Below, piece after piece: positions 13,021 to 27,203 of a stretch of 64,000 nt of DNA. The position numbers were made by a program, and so were the translations under genes. A model generated the notes under the pieces. That model did no database searches and was not told the origin of the DNA. It saw nothing but the letters and a program-made list of their open reading frames with translations. The first letter of the stretch is position 1; each line of letters starts with the position of its first letter. Origin of the DNA: Cycas panzhihuaensis (lineage: Eukaryota > Plantae > Cycadophyta). The stretch covers positions 208,637,741 through 208,701,740 of the forward strand of contig CM041465.1 in assembly GCA_023213395.1 (NCBI GenBank), written 5' to 3'.

Positions 13021-13451
13021 GTTCTGGCTAACTTCTATTTGAGCAATATTAAGGATAATATCACCTAGTCTGGCCGACTTCTAATTGAAGTATTTTGATC
13101 ACTATATATAGGAAGTTTGGGCCGCATCCCAAACCATCATTCAGAGGTTCTTTTGGCTACGTATTTTCGGTTCTAGGGCTGCAATTAGCTCGCCCATTTG
13201 GGAGTTGCAGTTTGGAGGGTTCCTCACCTCAAAGAGGGAAGCTCACTTCTTTAGGAATGATTGGTATTTCATTGTAATTTCGTTCTATTTTGGTATTATT
13301 TGACAATAAAGATTATTATTTACTTCTGTGGATTCTGTAATTCCTATTCCTTGTTCATTTTCCTATTGAATAGCATCTAGTTATTGTTTTTGTGGATTAA
13401 TACTTGTATTTTTTATGAAAATTGCTATAAAAGTATAACCAAATCGCTATA
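13021..13451 (+). repeat. Partial solo LTR of a Gypsy-C-related family, inserted in Gypsy-C gag
   Basis: Non-coding block that interrupts gag just before the knuckle CFKCREKWSRGHQC. Shares TTTTCGG..TAGGGCTGC and GAGGG..CCT..AAGAGG motifs and a GCTA(C/T)A end with the C LTRs. The 5' end and TSD are unclear. Confidence 0.65.
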
Positions 13452-16400
13452 GCAAGGGACTTGCTTCAAGTGTAGAGAAAAATGGAGTAGGGGACATCAA
13501 TGTACATCAAAGAAGGTATTTATGATAAATAACGAAGTGGTAGGCAATCCAATGAAGGAGGAAGAAGAACTTCTAGAAGATCCTAGCAAAATAGAAGTAG
13601 AAGACACAACCATAACAAATACCGAACATGTCCAAATTTCTTTACAATCGATCACTGGGGATGTCACCACACCCCAAACCTTAAAATTCTAGGGGAAAAT
13701 TAAGGGATTCTTAGTAGCTATTCTCATAGATAGTAGTAGTACCCAGAACTTTATCAACAAAACAACATTGAAGAAATAGGGCCTACAAATTCAAGCATTA
13801 GACACCTTCCAAGTATCAATCACAAATGGAAAAACCATGTCATGCAGAGGATTCTACCCCAAAGTAAACTTACAAATTGAAAATTATGCAATAACTACTT
13901 GCATGTTTGCTATGGAAATTGGAGGAATAGACACAGTCTAGGGTATCCAGTGGCTAGAGACATTAGGATATGTTACCACCAATTATAAAATTTGGTGCAT
14001 GAGCTTCAAACAGAAAGATTACACATACTAACTTAGAGCACCTGATACAACTCCAACTCAACTAGTAACAACTCATCGAATGGAAAAAAGATTGAGGAAG
14101 AACCCCACATCATTTATACTGATATGTTATAAGATTGCCATAGAAGATGTACTGGTAGAAATCCAAGATATCATTACCCAATATAGTAAAGTTTTTGAAG
14201 AACCATAGGGTTTACCCACAGAACAAGATTGCCAACATCACATCAAACTACCACTTGGAGCAGCCCCAGTAAACACCCAACCCTACTAACATCCTTATCA
14301 TTTGAAAAGGGAGATAGAATAGATCACCAAGGACCTCCTACAATAGGGATATATCTCAACCACTACAAGTCCTTTTGCATCCCCAATCATACTAAATCAC
14401 AAGAAGGATGGGTCCTATTAGATGTGTGTAGATTATCGAGGATTGAATAAGCTAACGGTTAAAAATCGTTACCCTATTCCACAGATCCATGACTTATTAA
14501 ATAAAATTCATGGAGCAAGATACTTTTCAGAAATCGACTTTTGTTCAGGGTACTATCAAATCCGTATCAAACCAAAAGATGTGTATTAAACAACATTTTG
14601 CACATATGAGGATTTATTTGAATTTTGGGTCATGCCATTCAGCCTAATAAATGCACCAACAACATTCTAAAGTACCATGAATGTGATATTCAAACCCTTC
14701 CTGTGAAAGTTCGTGCTCGTTTTCTTTTATGACATCCTAATTTACAATGCCACATTCGGTCTATTCTGTAAATCCTACAAGAAAATCAATTTTTTGCCAA
14801 CAAAGGTGAATGCACCTTTGAAAGAATAGAATTGGAATATCTAGGCCATATCATCACTCAAGAAGGCATTAAACTAGATCCCAAAAAAAGTCCAAGCAAT
14901 CGTAAATTGGCCTACACCAAAGAATGTAATAGGAGTATGGGCTTTCTTAAGAGTAGCCAAATTCCTTTGAAAATTTATCTAGGGATACGCGAACATCACC
15001 TCACCATTAATAGATTTGATGAGGAAAGATACCTTCTTATGGCACCCTACAACACAAAATGCCTTCTAGGAACTAAAGTCAGCTATGGTCACTGTAGTAG
15101 TTCTCGCAACTCCAGATTTCTCCCAACCCTTTACACTAGAATGTGATGCATTCGACGTGGGAGTGGGAATAGTCCTACAAAACGATCAACCCCTCACTTA
15201 CCAAAGTCGAAAGCTCAACACTAGGGAATGCATCAAACCTATATATGACAAGGAAATGCTTGCAATAATGCATGCAATACACAAATGACGCCAATATTTG
15301 CTAGGGAATAAGTTCGTCATCAAGACTGACCATGATAGTCTTAAGTATTTTCTCAAGTAGTAAATATTGTCCGATGAGCAACAAAAATGGGTCAAAAAAC
15401 TCCAAACATTTAATTTGACCATTCTATACAAAAAGGGAAAAGACAATATCATCGCAGATGCTCTATCACAAATGCTAGAGGATAACATGGATGGCACATC
15501 CTCACAAACAATCTCGAAGGCAACACTAAGTTGGATATAGGAACTAGTTTAGGAGTACTTGAATGACCATTCTATCTAGAAGATCTTGAAGGAAATACAA
15601 GACCAAGGATCCACATAGTTCAAAGTGTAAGGGAATCTAATTTCAAAGAAGAGAAAAATATTGATCCCATCAACATCACATCTAAGATACAAGATACTCG
15701 AAGAAACACACTCAATCCCTACAGTAGGTAATAGTAGAATTGACAAAACATATCACAAGTTATACGGATCTCTCTTTTGTTAAGGCATGAAGGAAGACAT
15801 CTATAGATTCATTGTCGAATGCAACTCCTGTCAAAGAAACAAATGTGAAAGTTTAAAAAGTCTCGACCTGCTACAACCATTGCCCATCTCACAATAAAAA
15901 TGGGAAGACATTTGAATGGATTTCATCACCGATCTACCAAAATCTAAAGATAAAGACATTATTTTTGTAGTTGTTGATAGACTAATGAAATATGCACATT
16001 TCAGAGGGATCCATTCAATGGTCAAAGCCAGCCAGGTCGCAGAACTCTCCAGGAGAGAAATACATCACTTACATAGCTTCCCCAAAATCATATTCAATGA
16101 TTGTGACTCCAAGTTCACTAGTCATTTTTGGCAGGACCTATTCAAACACAAATGAACAAAATTATCCATGAGCAAAGCATACCATGATATGGTTTTGATT
16201 AGCACTTCTTGCTTTAAACACAAAAATTGCCTAAGTAAAGAAGATCCTTTAGGCCTCAGAGTGCTCTCAAGAAGGCAAGACCTGAATAAAGCCAGAGGAG
16301 AGAGTAAGAAAGAATGTCTTCATTGATTCCTTTGAAAGTTATACATATTTATACAAACTCTAGCTAGTTTATATGTGGAACATGTGTCACCTATGTACCT

Positions 16401-16529
16401 AATTAATAATTAGGTATCCTAAGTAACTTTTACAATAATTAGGTACCCTAAGTACCTTTTTACAATGTCACTTAGAAAATAAGACTAGGACTATACTCAT
16501 CATTTTCCTCCCTGCTTAAAAAGAAATTG

Positions 16530-19500
16530 CCCTTAATTTTTGCTGAAGATGGGGAAAATGTTCCTTGAGTGTTGGTTTAGAGACCCATTTGGCATTGGTG
16601 GGTAGAGTTCCTTTTCGACCAAGGAGATATGTGGTTGTAGTGCGTTGTTGCGTCCACTAATGTCAAGTGTTGAGAATGGTGTCTTCAGAAATAAGAGGCT
16701 AGAAATCTGGAATTGTATCAATAGGATGAGTGGGAGGAGGTTCAATTTCCAAATGTGGTGGCTCATATAACTTGAATTGATTAATATTAACAACATCATG
16801 AATTCCTAAATGTGCAGGTAGATCAAGGCGAAGAACATTTAGTCCTATTACTTGAAGGATGGTATGTGGACCAAACCAAATAGGTTTAAGCTTATGTTGA
16901 TGCTTAAACTGTTTACGATCAAGGTGGAGCCAAACTTTATCACCAACTCTAAAGGAACTTACAAAATGATGCTGATCTTGAGTGGATTTATATTTGATTT
17001 GCGTTTGATGAAGAATCTAGCTGATCTTGGAGTGCAGTTTGGTCATGTGATCAATAAAAGAAACAGCTTTCTGTTGTTCCTTTTGTTCATGCCCTGTTAC
17101 AGAAGAAGGTACAATAAGTGAGAGTTCATAAGGAGCAAGTGGTTGATATCCATAGCAAACTTCAGAAGGAGATCGTCCAAGAGAAACGTGAGTTGCTCGA
17201 TTATAATTGTGCTAGATATGATGAAGATGTGTGTCCCACTGTTTATTGCTATGTTGGTAAATGCGAAGTGCATGTACCAGGGTGCGATTAACCGCTTTCG
17301 TTTGGCCATAAGTCTGAGGATGAAACAATGTTGAATACTTAAGTTGACAACCAAGCAGCTTCCATAGAGACTTCTAAAAATTGCTGAGAAATTGATTATC
17401 CCTGTCAGAAATTATAGAAAGGGGAAGTTCATAAAGACTCCAAACATGCTTAAAAAACAAATCTGCAGTGTGAGAAGCATAGATGTTTTTAGTGCAGGGA
17501 ATAAAGATTGCCATTTTGGAGAATTGACAAACAATGATAGATATGTAGTTGTGACCATGCTGAGTTGTAGGAAGTTCGCTGACGAAGTCCATCGAAATAG
17601 ATTCCCAAGGTCGGCTAGGAACAAGAAGTGGTTGATAAAGTCCAAGTTTACAATTAGATGGTTTGGATTGACTACAGAGAGAGCAACGTTGTACATAATT
17701 TGCAATTGTCTTTTGCATAGAAGGCCATTAAAAATATCATTGAAGATGCTGAAGAGTTTTATGCATTCCAAAGTGTTTGCCATAAGTTGAAGAATGAACT
17801 CCTTTAAGTATCTGTTGGCACGGAGTGCCCACTGGAACACACACATGATTCACTTTGTAGAGGAGTCCATTTTTGAGATGATAATCCAAAAAGGGTTCAA
17901 GATTGGTTTGTGTAGGTTGAGACAAGGTAGTAAGGATAAGACCAAAGTGAGGGATCAGAAGAAAGCAAGTGTTGCCATTCAGAATATAGATTGAGTGTGG
18001 TGGTGAGGAAGGTGGCTAAGGCTAAGGTAGGAGGTCGACTGAGAAAATCAACGACCTTGTTAGAAACTCCTTTTTTGTATTTAATAACTCATTGGAATTG
18101 TTGAATATAAGAAGCCCACTTAAGATGTCTATGTTCTTGGATTTTGGATTGTGAATTAAGAAACTGTAGTGGTTGGTGATTAGTATGAACAATGGTGTCA
18201 TTGCCAAGGAGAAAGTGCCTCCAAAGATGCAGAGCTTGGACAGGGGCATAAAAGTTTTTGTCATAAGTATTGTAATTGAGTTTGGCTTGGGAGAAGGTTT
18301 CAGAATGATAAGCAATAGGATGTCCTCCTTGGTTAAGTACGACGCCAAGGGCAAATTGGGAAGCATCAATTTCTAGTTCAAAGGGTTGAGTGAGATCGAG
18401 AAGATGAAGAATGGGTGCGATACAGAGGGCAATCTTGAGTTTTTGGAAAGCTGATTCAACAGAGGAGTTCCAGATAAAACTTGTGGAATTTTTGGTAAGA
18501 ATGTTGAGAGGATGTGTAATGCTAGAAAAGTGAGAGATTAATTTCCTATAAAAGTTGACAGAACTAAGAAAACTTTTGAGTTCAGCTAAAGTAGAAGGGG
18601 TTGGCCATTGCTGAATTATTCGGACCTTGTCTGGATCAACATGGATGCTGTTGTTGTCAATGATAAACCCAGACAAGAGATAGAGTCCTATGTGAAGAAA
18701 CATTTTTCAAATTTGGCTTTGAGTTGATGTTTTCATAACAAAGCCATGACGGTATTGACATGATGCAAATGTTCTTCCAAATTGTCGTTGAAGACCAAGA
18801 TATCATCAAGATAGGCAATGATAAATTTACCCAAATAAGGGCGAAAAATATCATTGATAAGTCACATAAAAGTAGTAGGAGCATTAGTTAAATAGAAGGG
18901 CATGACTAACCACTCATAAAGGTCATTTTGAGTCTTGAAAGTTGTTTTCCATGTATCTTGAGCTTCAATTCGAACTTGATGGTATCCAGAGGCCAAATCA
19001 ATTTTTGTAAAATATTTGGCTACTCTGAGATGATCTAATAAATCATCAATGTGTGGCAATGGATATTGATTTTTAATAGTGATTTTGTTTAGAGCTCGAT
19101 AATCAATACACAAATACCATTCTTTATCCTTTTCTAGAATGAGAATTGCAGTTGAACCACAAGGAGAACAACTAGGTTGAATTTTACCTTCATCAATCAA
19201 TTGTGTCAGTTGTCTCTCCAATTCAACACGAGTGAGCGGAGTCCTGCGATAAGGAGCCTGATTAGGAAGTGGAGAACCTACAAGAAGATTAATAGAATGT
19301 TGCACAGCATGTATGGGAGGTAGTCCCTTAGGTTTTATAAAAACATCAGACTATGCATCTAAAAGAGATTTTATTGCTTTAGGAGGCATCTTAGTAAAAT
19401 TTTCTTTTTCTGTTTGATGAATTACACAAAGTACCATTTGCTTGGAGGTGTTGACAAGTTTGACTATAGGATTTCCTTTGATGACGGCCAAGGACGGAGA

Positions 19501-20833
19501 AGCATTATCTGCATAAGTTAGTTTGTATGCCTTTCCATTTTTATACAGCGTGCAAGTGTTATGATACCCATCATATAATGCCCGTCGATCATGTTGATAA
19601 GGTTGTCCCAAGAGAATGTCGTTGTAGTCCATAGGAGTCACACATCACAATCAACTGTATCCAGAAATGGTGGAATAGCGAAAGTAACAATGCACATTTT
19701 GTCGACCATCGTTGTATGACCATTGGCTTTTATTCACCCAAGAGTATAAGGCTTTGGGTGTGGCTTGGTCACCAATTGTAAAGAATCCACTATTACTTGA
19801 GAAATCAAGCTCTTCATGCTTCCATTATCAATGATACAGAGAGCTAAGTGGTTCTTAATTTGACAATTTTGCATGAAACGTTTCTCTTGCTGAGAAGCAA
19901 AATATTTAGTGGTCATTAACACAAGATGTGGATCTAGGGCCTGCAAATCAGGTACCTCTATGATGTCAATGGATTCTGCGAGTGCCTGATGTTTAGCGAT
20001 CAAGGTACGAGGTTTTTGTTATGCTTTACATTCAGCATCTGTATGGCCTTGACTCTTGTGAAAAGAATAATATTTTTTTGTACTAATTGTATGTGGCTCA
20101 TCAAATGCCCTAGATGTTGATGCAGATGTTGGAGGTGGCCATGGTCTTCGTTGTAGCATATTTTCAATTTTGAGAGCAAATTGATAAGTACCTTCAAGTG
20201 TAGAAATCTGAAGAAGATCCATTTCACGCTACAAAGATGAAAAGAGTCCTCCAATAAATTTCAATTTGAGAATGTGGTCAGGATTAGAGACTTCTAACTG
20301 TATAGAAAGTTTGACAAGCTCATCAATGTATTGCTAAATTGTTTGGCTTGCAACTTGTCGGAGGTGAAGCCAACATAGTGAGTCCATCAATGTATCCCGA
20401 AGGATAGAATCGACTACGAACAACAGTTTTGAATTCTGCCCATGAAACAAATGGTTTATCACAGGAATATACTTGCCACCATGTTAGTGCCTATTCTGCC
20501 ATATGTACTTCAACAACCATTATTTTTTGTGCCTCTGTGAATTGCTATGTTTTGAAATAGGCTTCTAGACTTCGAAGCCATGCATCCAATTTGTCTATAT
20601 TCATTGTACCTTCAAAAAGTGAAATACTGATTTTAGCATCCAATTTGAATGGAGTCGATTGGATCAGAACAACTGTTGGGACATTTTATTGATGTGATAT
20701 TCATTGAAACATGGTCATCATGCTGGTGACCAAATTTTGCTGAAAAGTTTGAGCATCTTGACATTGTTCCTGAAGCTCGTGTTAAAAGTTCAATGACGTC
20801 AGGATGTGATTGATCCTCTTGATCAAGAGACAT
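16530..20833 (-). pseudogene. Gypsy-D gag-pol (gag, protease, RT, RNase H, integrase)
   Basis: Motifs IIDNGS, CIDYRALNKIT, YEWLVMPF, ELEIDASQFALG and PWESISMDF; scattered stops and frameshifts. Confidence 0.92.
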
Positions 20834-20844
20834 AATTGTATGCA

Positions 20845-21138
20845 GGGTATGCCTGCCTATGGGAAGGGCTTACGGCAATATGCCCGAACAACTACAAAAG
20901 TAAATTTGTATGGGGTATGCCTGCCTGTGAAGAGGGCTTAAGGCAATATGCTTGTTGCAAAGAAGTTTGGATGGGGTATGCCTGCCTGTGAAGAGGGCTT
21001 ATGGCAATATGCCCAATGCAAAGAAGTTTGGATGGGTACGCCTGCCTGTGAAGAGAGCTTATGGCAATATGCCCGATGTAGAGAAGTAGTTGGACGTGAT
21101 ATGCCTGCTTGTGAAGAGGGCTTCTGGCATTATATCCC
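20845..21138 (-). repeat. Five ~60-68-bp tandem repeats in the Gypsy-D 5' UTR
   Basis: Core GGGTATGCCTGCCTGTGAAGAGGGCTTATGGCAATATGCCC at ~20845, 20913, 20974, 21034 and 21097. Confidence 0.92.
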
Positions 21139-21150
21139 TTTTTCTTTTTA

Positions 21151-21206
<56 letters not shown>
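21151..21206. repeat. Compound microsatellite (AT)10(AG)18
   Basis: Read directly from the sequence. Confidence 0.95.
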
Positions 21207-21209
<3 letters not shown>

Positions 21210-23591
21210 TGTAAAGCTTAGAAAATTGGAGAAATGGGAAAAAATATGCCTGAAAGTACAATTCTGTACAGTTGTACGATCAGGAGGAAATGTACGTTCA
21301 AAAAACAAAGTGAGTCTCAAATGAAAGATATTTGAGACGTTTATTAGGTTCTGTAGTCATTTTTTGATTTAGCTTCTTCCTGTGACAAATATTTACGTTT
21401 GAAGTAATTTCGGCGGTTAGGGTTTTATAACTATTTTTTCTCTTTTAAAAAAAATAGAATTTTATGCAACAAGTCTATACTTAAAAGATAGATATGTTTA
21501 TTGTGAAAATTTTAAGAGCAGTTTGAAGAGATTTGCCTTAGTATTTTGGAAGAAATCTGTAGTTGAAGCTTTATACCCATGCCCTTTGTTTTTCTTCAAT
21601 TCCTCGATTTTGAGTGAGATTCTGACTTTGATCCTCTGGAGAAGTCTGTTGTCCGTACCTTTGCACTCCTCCTGGTGAATTTTTATTGAATTCTAAGCAC
21701 TTTTTGTTTCGTCTGTATAATTTTGTATAGTGTTCGTACGACTGTCCATACACCTTTGCAACCTCTGAAAAAATTTTTCCTAGGTTCTTCCTAGAGACTG
21801 ACTAAGCTTTGATACCAATTGATATGGTTTTGATTAGCTCTCCTTTCTTTAAGCACAAAAATTACCTAGGTAAAGAAGATCCTTCAGGCCTTAGAGTGTT
21901 CTCAAGAAGGCAGGACCTGAATAAAGCCAGAGGAGAGGGTAAGAAAGAATGTCTTCACTGTTTTTTCTTTTTCTTCATTGATTCCTTTGAAAGTTATACA
22001 TATTTATACAAACTCAAGTTAGTTTATATGTGGGACATGTGTCACCTGTGTACCTAGTTAATAATTAGGTATCCTAAGTAACTTTTACAATAATTAGATA
22101 CCCTAAGTATCTTTTTATAATGTCACTTAGAAAATAAGACTAGGACTATACTCATCATACCATCCTTAGATAGATGGCCAAATTGAGGTTATGAATAAAT
22201 ACTTGGAAGGATACTTATGCAATTTCACTTATGACAAACAACATCAACGACATAAATGGCTCCATCTAGCAGAATGGTGGTATAATACCACATATCATAG
22301 TTCAACAAAAATGACATTGTTCTAAGCACTTGACGGGATTGAACTGTCGTCAGTCCTCACATGGTCAAAAATATCACGGGTCCAATCAATCCAAGAACAA
22401 TAGGAGCAGATGGAACAAACCATTCAAATACTAAAAGACAACTTGGTCACAACGAGGAATCGAATGAAGCAACAAGCAGACCTTCATAGATCAGAAAGAT
22501 CATTTTCAATCGGGGATTGGGTCTTCTTAAGACTCCAACCATACAAGTAAGAAACTATACAAAGAAGCAATAAGAAGAAGTTGGAACCTCGATTTTTTGG
22601 TCCCTTTCAAATCACACAAAAGATTGGTGAAGTAGCTTACAAGCTGGCTTTACCACCACGCAGCTGCATCCATGACATCTTCCATGGATCTTGTCTCAAG
22701 CACAAACTCGGTGAGAACATCACAACTCAGACAGAGATTCTGGAATAAATGAAGAAGGAAAATTAATTATTGAACCAGAGTGAATCTCCCATACTTGAAC
22801 CAAGAAGTTATGCTCAAGAGAAATTATAGAATACGTTATAAAATGGAAGACTTTGGACAAAGAGGTTGCAACCTATGAATCAGAAGAATGGTACCAACAA
22901 CACTTAGATTTACCTATTCTTTGAGGGCAAAGTATGTTTTCATGGGGAGGGATTTACAATGTTCCTTCTCTAGTCTAGTCGATTTACAAGGAGATAGTCT
23001 GGTTTACTACTTTTTACTTTCATTAAGAGTTACATTGATTACTTTCTTCATCTGGGTGTCTTACAAAGAAATGCTTATTCTGGCCAACCTATTAAGCATT
23101 ATTTATATTATTTTTTGGCTGAATTCAGGAGGGTCTTTTGGGCTAACCATACATGGTTATTCTAGTCGTTTCTCTATCTCTTTTTAATTGAGCCCCTTAG
23201 CCCTCTTTTCACCCACCTGTTTAAAGGTGTTTGTGGCCTCTTTTGGGGGTGTGAAAGTGAATTGCAGGTGTTGTATTTTCAGCCTTAGGGCTGCTATTCT
23301 TGGGAGGGGACCTTGCCTTGAAGAGGAAGATCATTGCCAGTACATTTTGTAAGTTATATTTCATGTTTTAATGATATTTTTGTAGTACTATTGTGAGAAG
23401 ATAACAATCGTTTTAGCTTATCTTAGTATATTACCAGCAAATTGTGTGTGAATTATGCATGTTTTACTTTATTCTTTCACTTCTCTTTCAATTTATCACT
23501 ATATTACCTGCAAAGTCTGTGTAAATTGTACACCTTTTTCTTTATTATGTCATTTTTCTTCAATTTACCTTGCTAACTTTGCTACAAATAG

Positions 23592-26255
23592 TATGAGCCA
23601 GTCTTCCAACCTCTGCCAACTAGACTCCCACCTTATCACATGGAACATATTTATTGAGATCAAACTAGAAGAAGGTCCTATTTCAATTCATCCTTATAGG
23701 TACGACCACAAACAAAATATTGAGATCAAGCAACTTACTAACGACCTTTTAGAATTTGGAGTCATCACTCATAGCAAAAGTCCTTATGCAACTCCAATTG
23801 TTTTGGCTCACAAAAAAGATGTGTCCTTTCATCTTTGCATGGATTACCATGCACTAAATTCAATCATGATAAAAAGTAAATATCCTATCCCTAGAATGGA
23901 TGATGTCATTAATGAACTTCATGGCCCAACATTTTTTTCTAAATTGATCTTCAATTTGGTTATTATCAGATCCTTGTCAAAATAATCAACTGTGAAAAAA
24001 TAGATTTTAGGACTCATCAAGGATTGTATGGATTCAAAGTCATTCCCTTCAACCTCCTGAATGCCCCAACAATGTTCCAAGCTATAATGAATAAGGTACT
24101 TGCTCTCTTTCTGTTCAAGTTTATTATGGTTTTCTTTGACAACATTTTAGTTTACAACAAATGTTGACAACAACATCTCAATCATTTGGATAAGATATTG
24201 GGAACATTGAGTCAAAACAAGTTGTTTGCCAAGTGAGCTAAATGCCATTTTGACCAACAAACACTTGAATACTTAGGTCATATCATTGCCATACATGGTG
24301 TCCTTATGGACCCTAATGAGATTCAAGCCATTTTGGATTGGTTGACATTTACTTCAGTGACTGCCCTTTGAGGATTTTTGGGATTTACTAGTTTTTATAG
24401 ATGATATATTCAGCACTACTTGTCCCTTGCCGTCCCACTCATTGATACATGTAAAAAGAATGCCTTTCATTAGTTAAACTTGACCGAACAAGCTTTTTCA
24501 TGCCAAAAAATGACCATCACTTTTGTCCCTGTATTGGTAATACCCAATTTTGCAAAACCACTTGAACTACATTGTGATGAATCCAGATATAAGATTGGTG
24601 TCATTCTCATACAGGACAAACAACACATAGCATTTGAAAGTAGAAAACTCAATTTTTGAGAGTAGGCCTACTCAACTTACAATAAAGAAATGTTGGTTAT
24701 TCTCCATGCCTTAGCAAAATGGTGCCAATACCTCTTCGGAAGCAAATTTGCAGTGCATACTAACCACCATAGTCTTAAATATCTCCTTCAATAGCCTAAT
24801 TTATCTAAACTACAACAAAAATGGGTCACAAAATTCAAGACTTTGATTTTGGTATTTGTATGTAAGAGGGGCAAAGACAATAGGTCATTGATAGCTTATT
24901 TAGAAAATATGAATAAGAATCATGCAATGCAATTTCCATAACACTCCGTGTATGAATTGATCAACTCCATTCTGAATATGACAATGACTTAGTAACCAAA
25001 GCCAAGCTACAAGATTGCCACCAGGGCAAACCTCCAATTCATTGGTCACTGCATGGGTGTACATTGTTGTACAAAAGTCAAATCTACTTGCTCCAATCTT
25101 TGGCACTGAAAAAAACCATCCTCAAGGAAGGAGATGGTACCCCATCTTCCAAACCCTTTAGCTTTGGAAAAACATATGATCACATAAGAAGATCATTTTA
25201 TTGGCTAGGGAAGAAATCTAATATTCATGACTTCATTACTTCCTGTGATGTTTACCAATGACAAAAGACAGAAACAATAATGATTCTTGGTTTACTTCAA
25301 CAACTACCAATTCCAAATCACGAATGGGCAGATATCAATATGGATTTTATTATAGGGTTGCCCAAATTTGCAGATAAAGATGCTATTTTAATCATAGTGG
25401 ATTGCCTAATGAAATATGTGCATTTCATTCCACTACAAAGCACAATAATTGCACCTCAAGTTTCTATGTTTGTGAAGTCAATCCATTGCCTCCATGGGTT
25501 CCCTGAAACGATCATTATTGATCGAGATCCACAATTCACAAGTAAATTCTAGTATGAATTGTTTCAACTAGTAGGCACCTAGTTACATACAAGTATAGCC
25601 TACCACCTGTAAGCAAATGGCCAAACTGAGGTCGTTAACAAATGTCTTGAAGGGTATTTGTGTTGCTTCGCAAGAGACAAGCAATCCCAATGGGTGCAAT
25701 GGGTACACCTCGCGGAGTATTGATATAATACTTCATACCATTTGACAATCATGATGTCCCCCTTCTTGGCACTTTATCGTTACCCATCACCAGATATCAA
25801 TTCCTTCTTCCAAAAAGCATCCATGGCACTGACAATCAAACAAATCTAACAACAAACTTCAAACCTCCTTCTAGCTCTTAAAGATAATCTCTAGCTAGCT
25901 CAAAATTGTTTGAAACAACAAGTTGATAGCCATTGCTCTGAAAGAGAATTTAGTCTTGGTGACTAGGTCTTTCTTCTTTTACAGTCTTATGAACAATCAT
26001 CACTCAAGTCCTCTAGGAAATAGAAGCTCGCTCTTCAGTTCTATGGTCTATTTGAAATTTTGCAACGAGTTGGTTCTGTCGCCTATGCTTTGGTTATGCC
26101 TAGTGACCGAATTCATAATGTTTTTCATATTTCTTGCCTCAAACACAAAATTGGTTCATAGGTTGTGCTACATATTGAGTTACTTGTACTTGATGAAGAA
26201 GGCCAACTTGTTTTAAATCTAGAAGGAATTCTTGACACTCGTAGCACATGCTTGT
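23592..26255 (+). pseudogene. Gypsy-B RT, RNase H, integrase and start of chromodomain
   Basis: Motifs HPYRY, CMDYHALN..KYPIPRMD, WADINMDFIIGLP, DRDPQFTSKF and EGILDTR. Confidence 0.9.
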
Positions 26256-27063
26256 TGTTGGAGTCAAAAGTGATCCAATGGCTGTGTGAGGACCAGAGGT
26301 AGGTCAGATAACCCGAGTTGTGCAGGTACGGACCGTACGGAGGTACGCACGAGGCAAAACGGTAGAAAAACAAGCATTCAGGTACGTATGGCGGTGCGTG
26401 CACTGAACGGCAGTACGTATGACAAAAATGTACCAACAGGTGACGGAACCAAGTAGCGGTGATGCGCACGACTCGAGGACCAGTGAAGACCTGTCGAGGT
26501 GCCAGACGTACGTATGGACGTACGGACTCAAAGGAATAATTAATTAAGTGCTTAACAAGTGATTAATGAAAAGGTACGCATGATCGAAGAATACGGTTAT
26601 GACAGATCATAACCCTTGACCAAAAGGTACCAAAGATGAGTACTTAAGGAGGTATGCATGATTCACTTGGTTAGGGTGAGAGCCGGATATCAGGAGTACG
26701 CAAAGGTGCGAGGAGGCGATGCATGCGGCCAATTGGAGCATCACCGTATGATAAGTACCTTACGGGTATGCATTGTAGGAAAAGATCGATGTCTTTGGAA
26801 TGCTCGAGAATGCATTCCACCTCTGTAAATGAACTTGAATTAATAAAAGGAAGAGTTACGTGGAAATTGATGTATGCTTGATGTTGTGATGATGATTTGT
26901 TGAAGTATGTATTGATTTACTGCTTCGTGTACCATTCTGTGAATTATATATGGAATGTATGTGAATGACCATGTTGACAGTATCCTAAAACTAGACTATA
27001 GCGCTGTGTAACCTTGACAAGTGTATTGATTCCACAAAGGGTGTGGAATCTCCAAGTCAACAT

Positions 27064-27076
27064 TGGTTCTGTTGCC
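27064..27076 (+). promoter_or_regulatory. Primer-binding site of Gypsy-H, best match tRNA-Glu
   Basis: TGGTTCTGTTGCC lies 1 nt after the LTR. It is one mismatch from TGGTTCCGTTGCC, the complement of the plant tRNA-Glu(CUC) 3' end as recalled. Confidence 0.6.
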
Positions 27077-27203
27077 TACGTCCGTTGAGGAGGGATAGGG
27101 CCTATGGGTTTCAAGGGAAAAGAATGTGTAAAGGGCAGAGGACCCTGGCTGCCGTCGTGATGGCGGGCTGTAACTAAGCCACTAGCAGCCAGGGGACCTT
27201 CCA

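Larger units (their letters stand above)
16185..22157 (-). mobile_element. Gypsy-D: CRM-like element nested in Gypsy-C integrase
   Basis: LTRs 16185-16502 and 21820-22157. TSD TACCA, splitting host AYHP(Q)xDGQ. PBS complement GCTTTGATACCA at 21806-21817; PPT complement TTTTCCTCCCT at 16503. Lineage call rests on the TGATG LTR start and motif style. Confidence 0.93.
11301..23586 (+). mobile_element. Gypsy-C: chromovirus nested in Gypsy-B
   Basis: 632-bp LTRs 11301-11932 and 22955-23586. Decayed TSD AACAA/AATAG (ancestral AACAG inferred). PBS TGATATCAAAGC ~11935; PPT GGGGAGGGA ~22944. Gag from 12125, protease ~13720, RT/RH 14200-15470, INT 15650-16184 plus 22163-22720, chromodomain ~22770-22920. 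Confidence 0.92.

Noticed and set aside
20892-21320. ORFs with repeated peptides and SLSL/IYIY runs
   Set aside because: Translations of the tandem repeat and microsatellite.
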